A DNA stretch of 64,000 nt from Nageia nagi. Lineage: Eukaryota; Plantae; Pinophyta. Under the pieces are notes generated by a model. It did no database searches, was not told the DNA's origin, and worked only from the letters and a program-made list of their open reading frames with translations. The stretch lies in contig JBITNC010000001.1 in NCBI GenBank assembly GCA_050084985.1, forward strand, positions 131,502,001-131,566,000, in the 5' to 3' direction. Numbering within the stretch: the first letter of the stretch is position 1; the number at the start of each line of letters is the position of its first letter. The position numbers were made by a program, and so were the translations under genes. Of the stretch, positions 51,693 through 64,000 are shown one piece after another.

Positions 51693-54600
51693 CACCTCCC
51701 CAATGGAGAAACTTATGGTCAAGTTTATATTTTTCATGTCTCATCTTATACTTGGATTTGCTTGTTTCAAGTTTCTCTTGGACTTTCAAATTAATTTGAC
51801 TAATTCTTTCAACAAATTTTTTAGTTTGCTTTTCCTCTTTCTTAAATGAATCTTCTTTATCCCTTTGCTGCCCAAACACACAATTAAAAGGTGAAGATGA
51901 TAAATAACCAAAATAAGTCTCAAAAGGACTCTTATTAATGGAAGGATGAATTGCCCTATTGTATGCATGTTGGATATATTCAAGATGTTCATCCCAAGAC
52001 TTAGGATGTTTTCCATAATAACCCCTCAAGAGTTGAATTACCATCCTATTCATCACCTCGATTTGTTTATCTATTTAAGGATGAAAGGTAGTACTTATCT
52101 TCAACCTTGTGTCCATATTTTCCCACAAATATGTCCAAAACTTGCCTAAAAATCTACTATCTCTATCTGAAACAATAGAATTAGGTAATCCAAAATGAAC
52201 ACAAACATGTGAAAAGAATAAATTTGTAGTATCTTATCCTATTATAGTATTTTTACATGGAATCAAAACACACATCTTGGTAAATCTATCCATAACAACA
52301 AATAAATAGTCATTACCTTTCTTAGTCATAGACAATCCTCCCACAAAATCCATTGAGATATATTTCCTTGGATATGAAGGTACTTTAAGTGGTTAACACA
52401 AACCTAATTTATTGTTACTTGTCTTGCTAGTGCAATACAAAGAACACCCCCTTATGTACTTGGCAACTTGATCTTGCATCTTTGGCTAATATACATATCT
52501 TTGCAAATTGTATAATGTCTTTCCAATCCCAAAATATCCTGCAATCTTTGATGCATATGCTTCTATAATTAGACCAATCCTTTCACCTACAGGGACACAT
52601 AATGCATTAAAATAATAAAGAAGTCTATTTTACAAATGAAATTCATCCAAACCCTCTTACTTAGACCTAGATGAAGAAAACTACTCATACATTTCTTTGA
52701 AGTTTGGATCCTACACATATGCCTCTAAAAATGACTCAGATAGAAAAGGAAGAAATTTTAGCATTAAGAGGAAACTCATTGGACCTTATTTGCATGTCAC
52801 TAATGGTCCAAAATTAGTACTACATGCCATTGATGGCATGTAATCTATAGTTATAGGTGGCCTAAAAAGCATGTTAATAACTTTATTTCGTGTTCCTTTC
52901 TCATACTTGATTACTATATGAAATTGTTGTAAAAAACTCATCCATATATAGTGTTTAGTTTGTTTTAATTTTGATTGAGTTTGTAAAACATTTAATGGTT
53001 GATGATCAGTATGAATGATTATTTCTTTACCCATTAAGTAATGTTTTCACTTTTTAACAACTTAAACCAATGCATACATTTTCTTATCATAAGTAGGATA
53101 ATTCAAAATAGCCCCACTAAACTTTTTAAAATGATAGCAAATTGGTTTATCTTCTTGTAACAAAATGATTCCCATAGCATAGTCACTTGCATTAGTCTCT
53201 TCTTCAAATGGATTCTATAAATTAGGAAGTGCTAGCATAGGTGCATTAATAATCTTTTGCTTCAAAGTATCAAAAAATGTTCTTTGTTGTTTGCCCCATT
53301 GGATAACTTACCTCTTGTTGGTTACATCATGTAAAAGTGAAGTAATATGAGAAAAATTAATAATAAACTTTCTCAAATATTGGACAACACGTAAGAAACT
53401 CCTCACTTCAGTTACATTAGATAGCCTTGGCCAATATACTATAGCACTTATTTTAGTAGGATCTATCTAAAGTTATCCATGACTAATAACATGGCCTAAA
53501 TACACCAAAGACTCTATGCTAAACTCACATTTTGAATGTTTCAACAGCAACTTCTCCCTATGAAAAGTTTGAAACACTTGTCTAAGATGTACAACATGTT
53601 CTTTCCAAGTAGAACTATAAACAAGAATATCATCCAAGTATACAACAATAAACGAATCAATAAATGGATGAAGTACATCATTCATTACCCTCATGAAAGT
53701 AGCTAGTGCATTATACAAACCAAATGAAAAAACAAGCCACTCAAATAAGCCTTGTCTTATCTTGAAGGTAGTATTCCATATTTTCTCATCCTTGATTCTA
53801 ACTTGGTGATATCCACTTCTCAAGTCCAATTTTGTGAAAAATCTTTCTCCTTACAATTGATCCAAAAGATCATCTATCTGAGGTAAAGGATAGCAATTTT
53901 TGATGATGATTTTATTTAATGCTCTATAGTCAATGCATATTCTCCAAGTTTGATCCTTCTTGAAAACCAAAATAATAGGTGATACACATTTATATGTACT
54001 TGCTCTGATCACTTCTTGATCAACCAACTCCTAAATTTGCCTCTTTATCTCCCCTTAATCCAAAACTAATTACCGATACAAAGCTATGTTGGGAAATGAA
54101 GCATTAGTTAACAACTCAATATCATGTTGTATATTCCTCATAGGAGGTAATCCCTTTGGCTCTACAAATAAGTTGGTGAACTCTTAAACCAAATCTTGCA
54201 TCTGTTCCTCTCTTTTGCACACTACTGGTGACCTGAAATTAGTATTCATGCTGCTAATAGCATGAGATTCACCTCACTCAAGGCTCCTATTTTCACCATG
54301 ATTAGAACAAAATTTTTAGAAGCATTTACAAGATGTTTTACCTAATTGGTAGTGACCAAAGGTAGCTTTTTCCTGCTTTTATGTGCACTAGCTAGAAACA
54401 TCTTTCCATCTTTCACCAATCATAATTTATTCAATCTTTTGTAATAAATGCCATCTCTATCTCACATGTAAGGGTTACCAAGAATAAAACCATAAATATC
54501 TAAAGGAACAACATCAACCACAACTTCCTCAATGTACTTTACATAATTAGCAAATTTCAACTTACATTGCTTAGTGACTTGTAAACTAGCATTATGATGC

Positions 54601-55965
54601 AACCAACCCAAAGGATATGGATTTGGATGGTTGAAAGTTTCTAATCCCAAATTACTTACCATAGTCTCTAAAATCAAATTTTCTTGAGAACTCGAATCAA
54701 TAATGCAATCTACTTTGGTTTTCTTAATTTAGATTTTGAGGTGGAATAATTGAATCCTTTATTCTTCAATGTTTTGAGGTTCTTCAACCTTTTGAATGGC
54801 TGAAAAATTTATTTCTCATCAACTTTTAAATTACCCTTGATATCATCAAATTTAAGAACCATAGAATTAGTTTTCTCCTTATTCTTAAGCTTATATGGAT
54901 GTAATTTTGGATGTAATTTCCAACATTTATCATCAACATGACCATCTTTATCATAATGATACAATGTCTACCATCACCTTCTTTCTTAGAAATATTAGTG
55001 GTCTTAGTTTCTTGGTTACCTTTGCCTTTATCTTGAGATTTAGCTTTCTCTTGTCCTCCACTTGAATTCGAATCCTTCTTGGATTCATCATATTGTCTCC
55101 TTGGTTTACCATCCTCCTTTAAGTATTGTGCTTGCACACACACTTGATCAAGATTAGTAGGATTAAACAACATGATAGTATTTTGCAAATGACTATGTAA
55201 ACCTCCAATGTACCTCATTAAAGTTTGAGGATTTTTTAGTGAAACCCCAAGCAAAGTAGCTTATTTACTATATTTTGTAGTGTATTCTTAAACATTTTTC
55301 CCTCTTTGTTGTCTAAAGAATTACCATTTCATCAATTGTTTATTATGATATCATAATGGATACAATTGATCTCTTAAAAACTCTTAAATTAATTCCAAGA
55401 AGATATTTTAGATAAGTGTTCATGATTAAGAGTTTCTACATAGCTTTCCCACTAAATTAAAGCATGTCCACTCATCTTTAATCTAGCAAAATAGATTTTA
55501 TAAACATCATTTATAACACCATGAATTTGGAAATAAACCTCGAATTATGTCAACCAATTGTTCACCTTTTCCACATCAACCTCTCCTCCAAAAGTAGGAA
55601 TGTCCACTTTGGCCTCCACCTAGAATGGAACTCTATTTGATGAAGATGATGAATCAGGTTTATCAACTACATCATGATATCTCTAATTGATATTTGCATT
55701 TGCTCTAGCATCCAACAACTTAGCTAATCAAGCCAAATGATTCTCCATTGTCAAAAACCTTATTTCAAAATTGACATCTGTTATGGTATGTACAGGTGAC
55801 TGTTGCTCCTCTGCATTATCCATTATAGTTGCTCTACTCTTTTGAACAATCTCAAGATCCTATGGAATTAATTATGGTCTTTGAGATCTCCTCCCAAACA
55901 TCAAATTTCACATCGCTAGCTATGTGGAATTCTTAAAATTGCAACCCTAAATTTTTACAGCACAA

Positions 55966-55977
55966 GCTCTGATACCA
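55966..55977 (-). other. tRNA-iMet primer-binding site
   Basis: gctctgatacca is TGGTATCAGAGC on the - strand, 2 nt from the LTR end. Confidence 0.95.
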
Positions 55978-55979
55978 TA

Positions 55980-56725
55980 TGATTTGTAATCACTGAATGC
56001 TTATCGCATACTCGGATCCTCATTTAGAGATTCAAATAAAAATAGTTATCCATTATGAGATCATACAAATTGCATATAAATTTACAAATTGCATATAAAT
56101 TTAAAAATTACATAATGTAAATCAATAACTAGAAATCTCAAACACACAACAAGATCAACATAATGATTTACCTTGGTTCACCCAATGTTGGCTAATCCAG
56201 CATGGAATTAGATCCTTCTCTTCTAATTGTCTATGGACATCATAATACTACATGTATAGAGAAATACCATCAACATAATGGCAATACAATCTTCTATCAT
56301 TAATGTAATCTCTTATAGTAAGAAAGAAATATAATCTCAAAACTACAACAATTCTAGAATGACTCTTGGTCTTCCTTCAAACTATTACAATTATAAAATC
56401 CCAAAACTCTATAATCCTCTCTCATTAAGAATTAAGAATGAGATACACCATTCAATAAGCTTTCAAAACACTTTGAAACATTGAACAAGGAACTTGAACC
56501 ACTCAGTCTCCTAAAATGCCAATGTCTCTTCAAATTCCCCTACTAACTCATCAAGGTACACATTGTTAGCAGCCTAAAAATAGTATTTTTTATGCCATTG
56601 GTGGCCTAAAATTGAATGATAAAACACTCCAAATTTTGGTGTTTGGTCTATCTCCAAACACATATACCTCTAGATTAAGTATTTCTCTTAAAAAGATAAA
56701 TTGACACATGATCTAATTCAGATCA
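55980..56725 (-). repeat. 5' LTR (746 bp)
   Basis: Collinear with 50971-51692, with an extra 19-bp tandem copy acaaattgcatataaattt. Followed by TSD AAGGT. Confidence 0.93.
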
Positions 56726-57907
56726 AAGGTGAAGACTGATACTCCAACAAAAATTTACAATATTGAATTTGATAAAGAGAATTCTAAAAGTAACAAAAAA
56801 ATCAAATCCACCAAATATGCTTCTTAGAAATCTAATAAAACATAACAAAGTTGTGGGGTTTTTGGTAGAACAGTTAAGGAAGAATGGTCATCATGATTTT
56901 AATTTATTGAGCTAGTGATACCTGAAAATGGTAATCAATCAATATAATGTAGATGCAATATTTGTATTTGGAAATTAAGGAGGAAACAAAATATGCAGTT
57001 CAAGGTTGACACAATTGAAAAATATTATGGTAAATCATATGTCAAAATAATAAAACTATATGGAATGGTTAGAAAATTTCAAATCATAAAGGATGATGTT
57101 TTTAGGTAACCTTAGAATTAAATCTAAGTGGAACTAATAAACATGTAACATTTGAGTACATATTATCCTAGTTATTTAACTTGAATAATCATACATGGTA
57201 ATAGGAATAATAAGAATTAACCCAAATAAATGTAGCAATGAAATAATAGAACTAGGGTTTATTGAATCAAGATGATAAAATAAAATCATGCACTATAGAG
57301 ATGGAATCAAGTGTAAGATAAATAATTATGTGTCCTTACTTGGGAGGAGCTAATTATATGCAGATTGAGCTTTCCAAAAAGAGTTTTCCTTGATGTATGA
57401 ACCCCATAGATTATAACGATAGAAAGACCATTGTAGACACCTATGGTAGCATGGGTGCTAGGTATTGTAACAATAATGCAAGCACACACATGAGCATGGA
57501 TGCGAGGGTTCAAGCTGTGTATAATTCACCACAAAGGATTGATGAACAACATAACATTGAAAATTTGAGTTAGATATATAATTATGAATGATGGATGATA
57601 AATATGCTTGAGTGATAACAAATTACATTCTTAATAGGAGTCATTTAGAAACACCTAATTGTTAGGTACCTACTATCAAGATGAAGTATTTATTTATTTC
57701 CCATATGATTATACTTACCTTTGTATATGCATGATATATCCACCACTAGACATTTAAGAAGGTTAGTGCTAATGCTAGTGTACCTAGCATAAAACTAACA
57801 AAACCATATAATATATATTTAATATTAATGTAATAACATGATAAAAGATGATTATAATATAACACCTAAGTAGGGCCACCTTAGGGAGACCAAATCTAGG
57901 TTTTAAC

Positions 57908-60900
57908 AAAGGCCCCCATTCTGCAAGTATAATGAAATGAAACTATTTAAAATGAAATTATGCTTGAAAAGTAAGTAAATGGTAAATAGAAGAAAAATTT
58001 GATACTTCCATAGTTTAGCTATAAAATCATTCAATCATCAAGGATTGATGATGTATATTTCCCCCTATTTGCCTTGGTTGTGAGATGGAATGACAATCCA
58101 TGGAATAGGAACAACCAAGAACAAATAAAAACCTATAAAATGAGAGATAAAAAATAGGAACTTCCAAACATATGTATGATGATAAACTCATAAAAGATGT
58201 AATGATGATAGTGAGAGAAAATCATGTTAAGTGCATGTTATCTTAATGACAATACTTAATTCCCTATTCATAGATAAAAATCATTATAGCATAACCAAGC
58301 ATCCCATTCATGGACTCATTCATAATATTTTATCAAAAATAATATATAAATAAAGAGAAAGGATGAAATTAATATAATATGCACACATCATCATAAAAAT
58401 ACTAAATATCCTATTCATAGATTCAAATCATCACAAAAATACCCAATGTTTCATTTATATATGCATACATATGATCATATAGAAGTACCATGATAATGTT
58501 TAGTTTGGTACCAACCAATAGAGTGATCATAATGAAGGTTAGTTTTGTCCCAACCAACAAAGTAATAATAGTGATGGTTAGTTTAGTCTCAACTAAAAAT
58601 ATGGTTATAGCAATAGTTATTTTAGTCCCAAATAATAAAGTGATCGTATAAATGGTTAGTTTAGTCCCAACCAACAAAGTGATGAAGCTCAAATGAGGGT
58701 CACATTATCATGGCATCAAAAAAGTACTCTAATCATGGATGCACATCATCATGGAAGTAATGATGCCCTATTCGTGGATGTATCAAATGAATATAACCAA
58801 AAATATGGATTTTATCATGTCTTCCTAGTAAATATGAATAGTAAAAACAATGATGGTTATTTAACATCCATCCAATAAGGACATTATCATAAAGAAATGA
58901 TGGTTATTTATGTTCATCCAACAAGTATATGATCATAAATTAGCCATGCAAAGGAATATCATACTAAAGCATTGTAACAATGAATAGTATGCATTTATTA
59001 GTTATGCATTTAAAGATAAGAAATGGTTCATAAAATAATACCTAAAATTACCATTGAGTACCAATTTATATGTAGAAAGGCTAACATGGATGCTAATGGG
59101 GGTGTGACTGCTGATGTCAACACAAAGTTGATCTTATTGATAGAAATGACCTTGGCATTTATATGAGATTGAGAAGACCTGACTATCAACCTGATAAAAT
59201 GCAATTTATTTCTAAAAAAGGATACCTTTTCTCCTAAGGTATTAAGTGTATGATTGATAAATCTCAAATTGTTGAACTAAATTACACAACTACTTATATA
59301 TAATTTCATTGTAAGAAATGAACTAAAGGACCTATCCAATACCCCTATGATGATTGAGTTTTGTTGGATATTAAAATATTCTAAGAAGACCAGCATGGGT
59401 ATTGGGTTACATGTAGATTTTTGCATCAAAAGCTAACATTGGTACTAGTACAACATAACATAAATAGAGCTAGGTGACTCATACTATGCATCTACATAAA
59501 TGCTTGATTGGCAAATACCATCTAAAATACAAGTGACATGCTTCTCTTATGCATAAAAGGATTTTAGATGCTTGGCATTGATTGAAAATTTATCTACATT
59601 TCATTTAACTGTTACTAATCTATATGCTCTATTTGAATATTTTGTTTTGATGATGTATGGACCCATGTATTTCTTTTTGACTTGTGATTTGTGATGATTT
59701 TATTTAAGTACTAAGTCTCCAACTTGGAATTCTCTTGGTATAATTTTCTTTCCATATGCTTTGTTTATTCTTCTCTAATAAGCTCTAAGGTATTCTAAAG
59801 CATGGATCCTTTTCTCATCCAATCCTTTTAACTGTCTTATTCTTGATTTTCTTTATTCTTCATAATCAATGATTCCCTTCAAAGATACCCTTAGTGATGG
59901 TATTTCCAATTCTAGCGGAAGTACTACCTCATATCCATAGACTACTAAAATGGTGTATACCATATTATTGATATGATGCTAGTACTATATGCCCATAGTA
60001 CATATATAAGTTGATGTAAGATTTTATTTTATGTTTATAATATGTTTCCTTGTGGATAATATGTTGATGAAAACTTTTATTTTATCTTGAATATCTTACA
60101 AAAATTTCTAACTTGTTTACTTATAAAGTTATTTCCATTATCTATGATTATGTGATATAGAACACCAAATCTTTCAATAATATTCTCAGTCAAGAATTTT
60201 ACAATTTGAGTACCCTTATATGATCTCAAAGGTATTGCTTCTTCCATTTAGTGAAATATTTAATATCAATTAGTATAAACTTATATCCTTCACTAGATTT
60301 AGGATTGATAATCCCAACCAAATCCAAAGCCCAAATATAAAAAGGTCAAGGAGAAACCATTATAGCTAATTCACTTGAAGGATAAAGTCTTAAGTTAGTA
60401 TGCTTTTAACATTTTTCACATCTCTTAACATGAAGTATGAAATATTTTTCCATAGATGGCCAATAGTAACCTAGTCTTAAAAGCTTATGAAATATAGATT
60501 TGCCATTAAAATGTACCCCAATTATATTTTCATGCACTTGTTCTTTAGCCTTGCTAGTTTCATTATCATTCAAATATCTATGCAATGTGCCATCAAAATA
60601 TCTTTTGTAAAGAACATCACCAATAATGACATAACTAATTTCCATATGCTTGAGTCTTAATTTGAGAAACATTATTTGATATGAATATGGGATTTTTTCA
60701 TCTTTTAAGTAGTTGTAAATATCAACATACCATTCATGCAATGGTAAGATAACACTTACAAATGGTTATTTCTCAAAGAATGTGTTGAAGTTAGTTTCAT
60801 CTACAAAAGATATATTCCTTAGATTATTGATTTTGATAATAGTTTCTTCATATTCAATTGATATAGGTATCAAAGAAGTGGCATTTTCCATTGAATCAAT

Positions 60901-61266
60901 AAATATATTACTATTTCATGGTATATTCTCAAATTTGATTTGGATAAAGCATATTTGGATCATCCTTATCATTAAGTATTTGTATGGCTGCAACTTTTCA
61001 TATTTTGTATTATAGAATTCATATATTTGATTGATGATAAGCTACGAGTAACCATAAACCTATAATTTCTTTATACCAAGGTTTATGGTAGCCTTTATTC
61101 CCAAGACTAAAGCTTCATATTTAGCCATGTTGTTAGTATAATCAAAATTTAGTTTGAAGGCCATAAAAATCATACCATATTTAGGAGATACTAGTATAAT
61201 ATTTGCTTCTTCTCCTTGTAAGTAATTAGAACCATCAAAGTAAAGTGTCCATTTTTTATCTTCCAC
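57908..61266 (-). mobile_element. Tat/Ogre-type gypsy 3' half: additional RNase H, integrase, long 3' UTR, PPT
   Basis: WTLYFDGS...TNNMAKYEAL (archaeal-type RNase H diagnostic of Tat/Ogre), HE...GVHF...GYYWPSM...C..C integrase, and a GPY module near 59660. PPT aatgggggc is followed by TGTTAAAACC at 57908. Confidence 0.85.
58490..58685. repeat. 5 x 39-bp tandem repeat in the Tat/Ogre 3' UTR
   Basis: ggttagtttagtcccaaccaacaaagtgat units, visible as the 13-aa repeat ITLLVGTKLT in ORF 58423-58692. Confidence 0.85.
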
Positions 61267-62136
61267 TTACTAAAATAATACCATAAGTTCTATAGCACTC
61301 CTATTGAGCAATGCTTCTCACTAACTCTATTTCCAAATTTATAAACCCTAAAAATTTAGACCTATTTTTTTTTAAATTAAACACTCAAATGGTCTAAGAA
61401 TGGACTAGATGATCCACATCAGCATGTCAACACTATTAGCTAACCAACACCCATATGGAAATATTGGTAGAATCTATAATAACCAACCTTGATTGAAAAA
61501 TTTCTAGTGTTCACTTCTTAACACTCATCCCATTGGAAGATGCCACATAGGTCATCCCACCATTCCCATCCACTAACTATGTAATAGATATTTTGGTCCT
61601 GGTGTTATGGTTTCCAATAAAGGGTACATTTCACCCAAGAGAATGCTCATTCATAAGGTTAAACATCTTCACTTGATGTATGATCCTCCTATTCATAGGT
61701 GCAGATAGATTATCCTAGGAAATCATCCATATAAAATGGATAAGCATCATCGCCTATGAAAAAATTGCCAAACTCCTAATTGTTAAACTACAGGATATAT
61801 GACTACTAGTTACCCTAATTCAATAAAAATAGTTTCATTGATTGCTATCCTCATCTAAAAACCTATCAAGGATATGAGACACTAGCCTACCCATATCTAT
61901 TGACTAGGCCCAACATGGAGTTTGGCATCCTAATGCTCATATCTTGTGGAGCCATGGGTATTAAACTAATACCCTAAGTGATTTGTTTAGTATAATATAT
62001 TTTAAAGTAGGGTTAAGAGAAATATTATACCCATAATATCATCGCTAGGATAATTGGTTTTGGATCAAACTTTAGATTTCTAGATTTCATGGTTAAAGCA
62101 AGTAATAATAGATTATTTTCTAAACAACCTACATAT

Positions 62137-62629
62137 TGTTAGAATTTGTAATGAAATATTTTGAATATCTAAACTCCTTGTAAATTCAATTAATCACTTA
62201 AAGGATATGTAGATACCTTAAGGGATTAATTGAATTCTTTATTATGTGTGGACTTTGACCTTACCATGGGGTTAGTTGGTAGGTTAAAGTTAGGTCATAC
62301 ATTTATTGTAACCCTAACCTTACCCTTGGGTTAAAGGGAGATTAGGGAGGTGCTCTCAAGCTATAAATAGAGGGCCTCTCCTCTTGTAACATAACTAAGT
62401 TTTTGGAGTAAGATTACTCTACTAGTTTGTGTAAGAGAGAAAGAGAATTGTAGTAAGAGGTGCATAGATTGAGAATTGAGAACTAATTGTGGATGTACTC
62501 CCAAGGAGGGAGGAACCACATTATATTTGTGTTATATTGTGTGAATGGTGTTATGTTGAATGATTGAGTTTTCTAGTCTTGGACCTTGAGAATTAGAGTA
62601 GGTCTAATTCCTTCAATTGGTATCAGAGC
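62137..62629 (+). mobile_element. 5' LTR (62137-62615) plus tRNA-iMet PBS (62618-62629) of a truncated element
   Basis: Collinear with solo LTR 31639-32136. Junction reads ...ccttCA-at-TGGTATCAGAGC. No gag seen downstream. Confidence 0.9.
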
Positions 62630-63135
62630 TTGGTGTGGAAGCTCTTCTTTTACATCTTGGAGGTTCTTCATCCTTCTTCATTCCTCATCTTACACCCCAT
62701 TGGTGAGGTAAAAATAAGAGAAGGTATAAATTTTCTCCTCCTTTGGTTATCTTATGGATTATTGCATTAGATACTAACATATTTTGTGAGATATTGGAGC
62801 TTATTTTTTTGCAAAATATGATCAAAATGGCAATGCAAGCATTTTTTATACTAACCTCTTATGTTAGTAGCATGTTTTTTACAAAATGCTTAATACATGA
62901 TATACCTTTTAAGAGGATACTATGTAATGCAAATTTTTTTTTACTAACATTTTGTTTGTTAGTAACATTGATTAATCACTAATCCCATTAAAAAAAAGGG
63001 GTTTATGAGGGTTCTGTTTGTCATAAAATTTATGATTTTTGCATATATATATATATATATATAGTTATCAGCATTTTTATATATATAAAAAAATTATATA
63101 TAAAAATTTGGGGGGGATCAAGTAACAAAATGGTC

Positions 63136-63251
63136 TGCGAACTGTTTGACAAAATGCCTCATCGAAATGCAGTCTATGGACTACAATGCTCGAAGGATAT
63201 GCACAAAATAGATACATTGAAAGGGTCTATGAATTGTTTGACAGAGTGCCT
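63136..63251 (+). pseudogene. PLS-class pentatricopeptide-repeat gene fragment, frameshifted
   Basis: CELFDKMPHRNAV, a 1-nt frameshift, then WTTMLEGYAQNRYIERVYELFDRVP: about one 31-aa S-type motif with unrelated flanks. Confidence 0.85.
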
Positions 63252-64000
63252 CCCTCTATGCTTCTCCCTCTATGCTTCTCCTCATAGCCCCTCAATTCAA
63301 CGAGTGCCTCCCACTTCATCTGTAGCATCTCTCCAACCTTCTGACCCTCACTTTGCCCAGCTCCCTCTATGGAGGACCCTACAATCAGCTCTTAGTCAAT
63401 GAGTGCTATTTTTAAAATAATGATAGTAGGGTTTGAATCATGGAACACTTGTTTATTTCACTCTTGGGATTTGATCTAATGACATCTATGCACTTCAACA
63501 CATACTGGTTGTCTAAAGAACTATTCTAGTTCATTTTTTTGGCTACCGAGGGGTTTTTTTAAATAATGTTGGATGAGCAGGATGATCCATGGTAGGAGAG
63601 GAAATGGTGTTTGGCCCGAGCTTGTATGGCATGGACATCCGCCAAGCTGGCCCTATTAGCCCCCACTATGGAAAGGCCTATTCCATAGAGAAATAGTAAC
63701 AACAATCATGATTTCTTTACCATTTTTGATTGCCCCACCACTGCCTTTGCAAAGATGTTATTTGCTCCTCTGCAGCATGTGGGAGTTGGCCTCCAACTCT
63801 CACCTACTCTTGCTACTATGACAAGCACGCAGATGAATGAGCCATCGTAATGTGATAGAAACCATCTCACTCGGCCACTTCTAAGATAGAAACCATCTCC
63901 TCTAGTGGTGTATTCAATTGCTTTGGCCACGTGACGTGTGATTTTTTTTCTCTTTCTTTCTCCTGCAACCTCTAACTCTCCCTCTGCTCCATCACTTGGT

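Larger units (their letters stand above)
50971..56725 (-). mobile_element. Structurally complete but decayed Met-primed Ty3/gypsy element (chromovirus/CRM-like)
   Basis: Two LTRs (TGAT...ATCA), TSD AAGGT on both sides, PBS and PPT. Gag, protease (HPNPYPLGWL, ILGNP), RT ([13 protein letters not shown]), RNase H (TDHQPL) and integrase (WDEHL..IQHAYN). Confidence 0.95.

Noticed and set aside
61395-61570. Second hairpin with a miR482/2118-like tcttaacactcatcccattgg
   Set aside because: Arm complementarity is too patchy by eye and no convincing star sequence is present.
31639-62615. One 31-kb element bounded by the two same-family LTRs
   Set aside because: The left copy has its own TSD (CCTTT) on both sides. 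The right copy is followed by a PBS, so it is a 5' LTR. These are independent insertions.

Overview
Very AT-rich, CpG-depleted plant nuclear DNA, most like a gymnosperm (inferred from the long intron, the PLS-type PPR remnant and the Tat/Ogre-type gypsy relics). Most of the window is nested, C>T/G>A-eroded retrotransposon debris. It includes a structurally complete Met-primed Ty3/gypsy element (50971-56725, TSD AAGGT), a 5'-truncated Ty1/copia element carrying two solo LTRs and sitting against a LINE relic, several Tat/Ogre-like relics and a + strand non-chromoviral gypsy. Host-type features are one two-exon REM/B3-domain gene (15915-16094 + 22405-22683, 152 aa, 6.3-kb intron), a tRNA-Arg(ACG)-derived gene with anticodon ATG and a broken T-loop (24697-24769, -), and a frameshifted PPR fragment. 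The best candidate for something new is a ~570-bp fold-back at 9121-9689. Its arms carry four spaced copies of an 'LTR-end CA + tRNA-iMet primer-binding site' motif, like a multi-unit miR845/miR1511-type anti-retrotransposon hairpin. It is eroded and its expression is unproven. All calls come from reading the sequence by eye; no searches were run.
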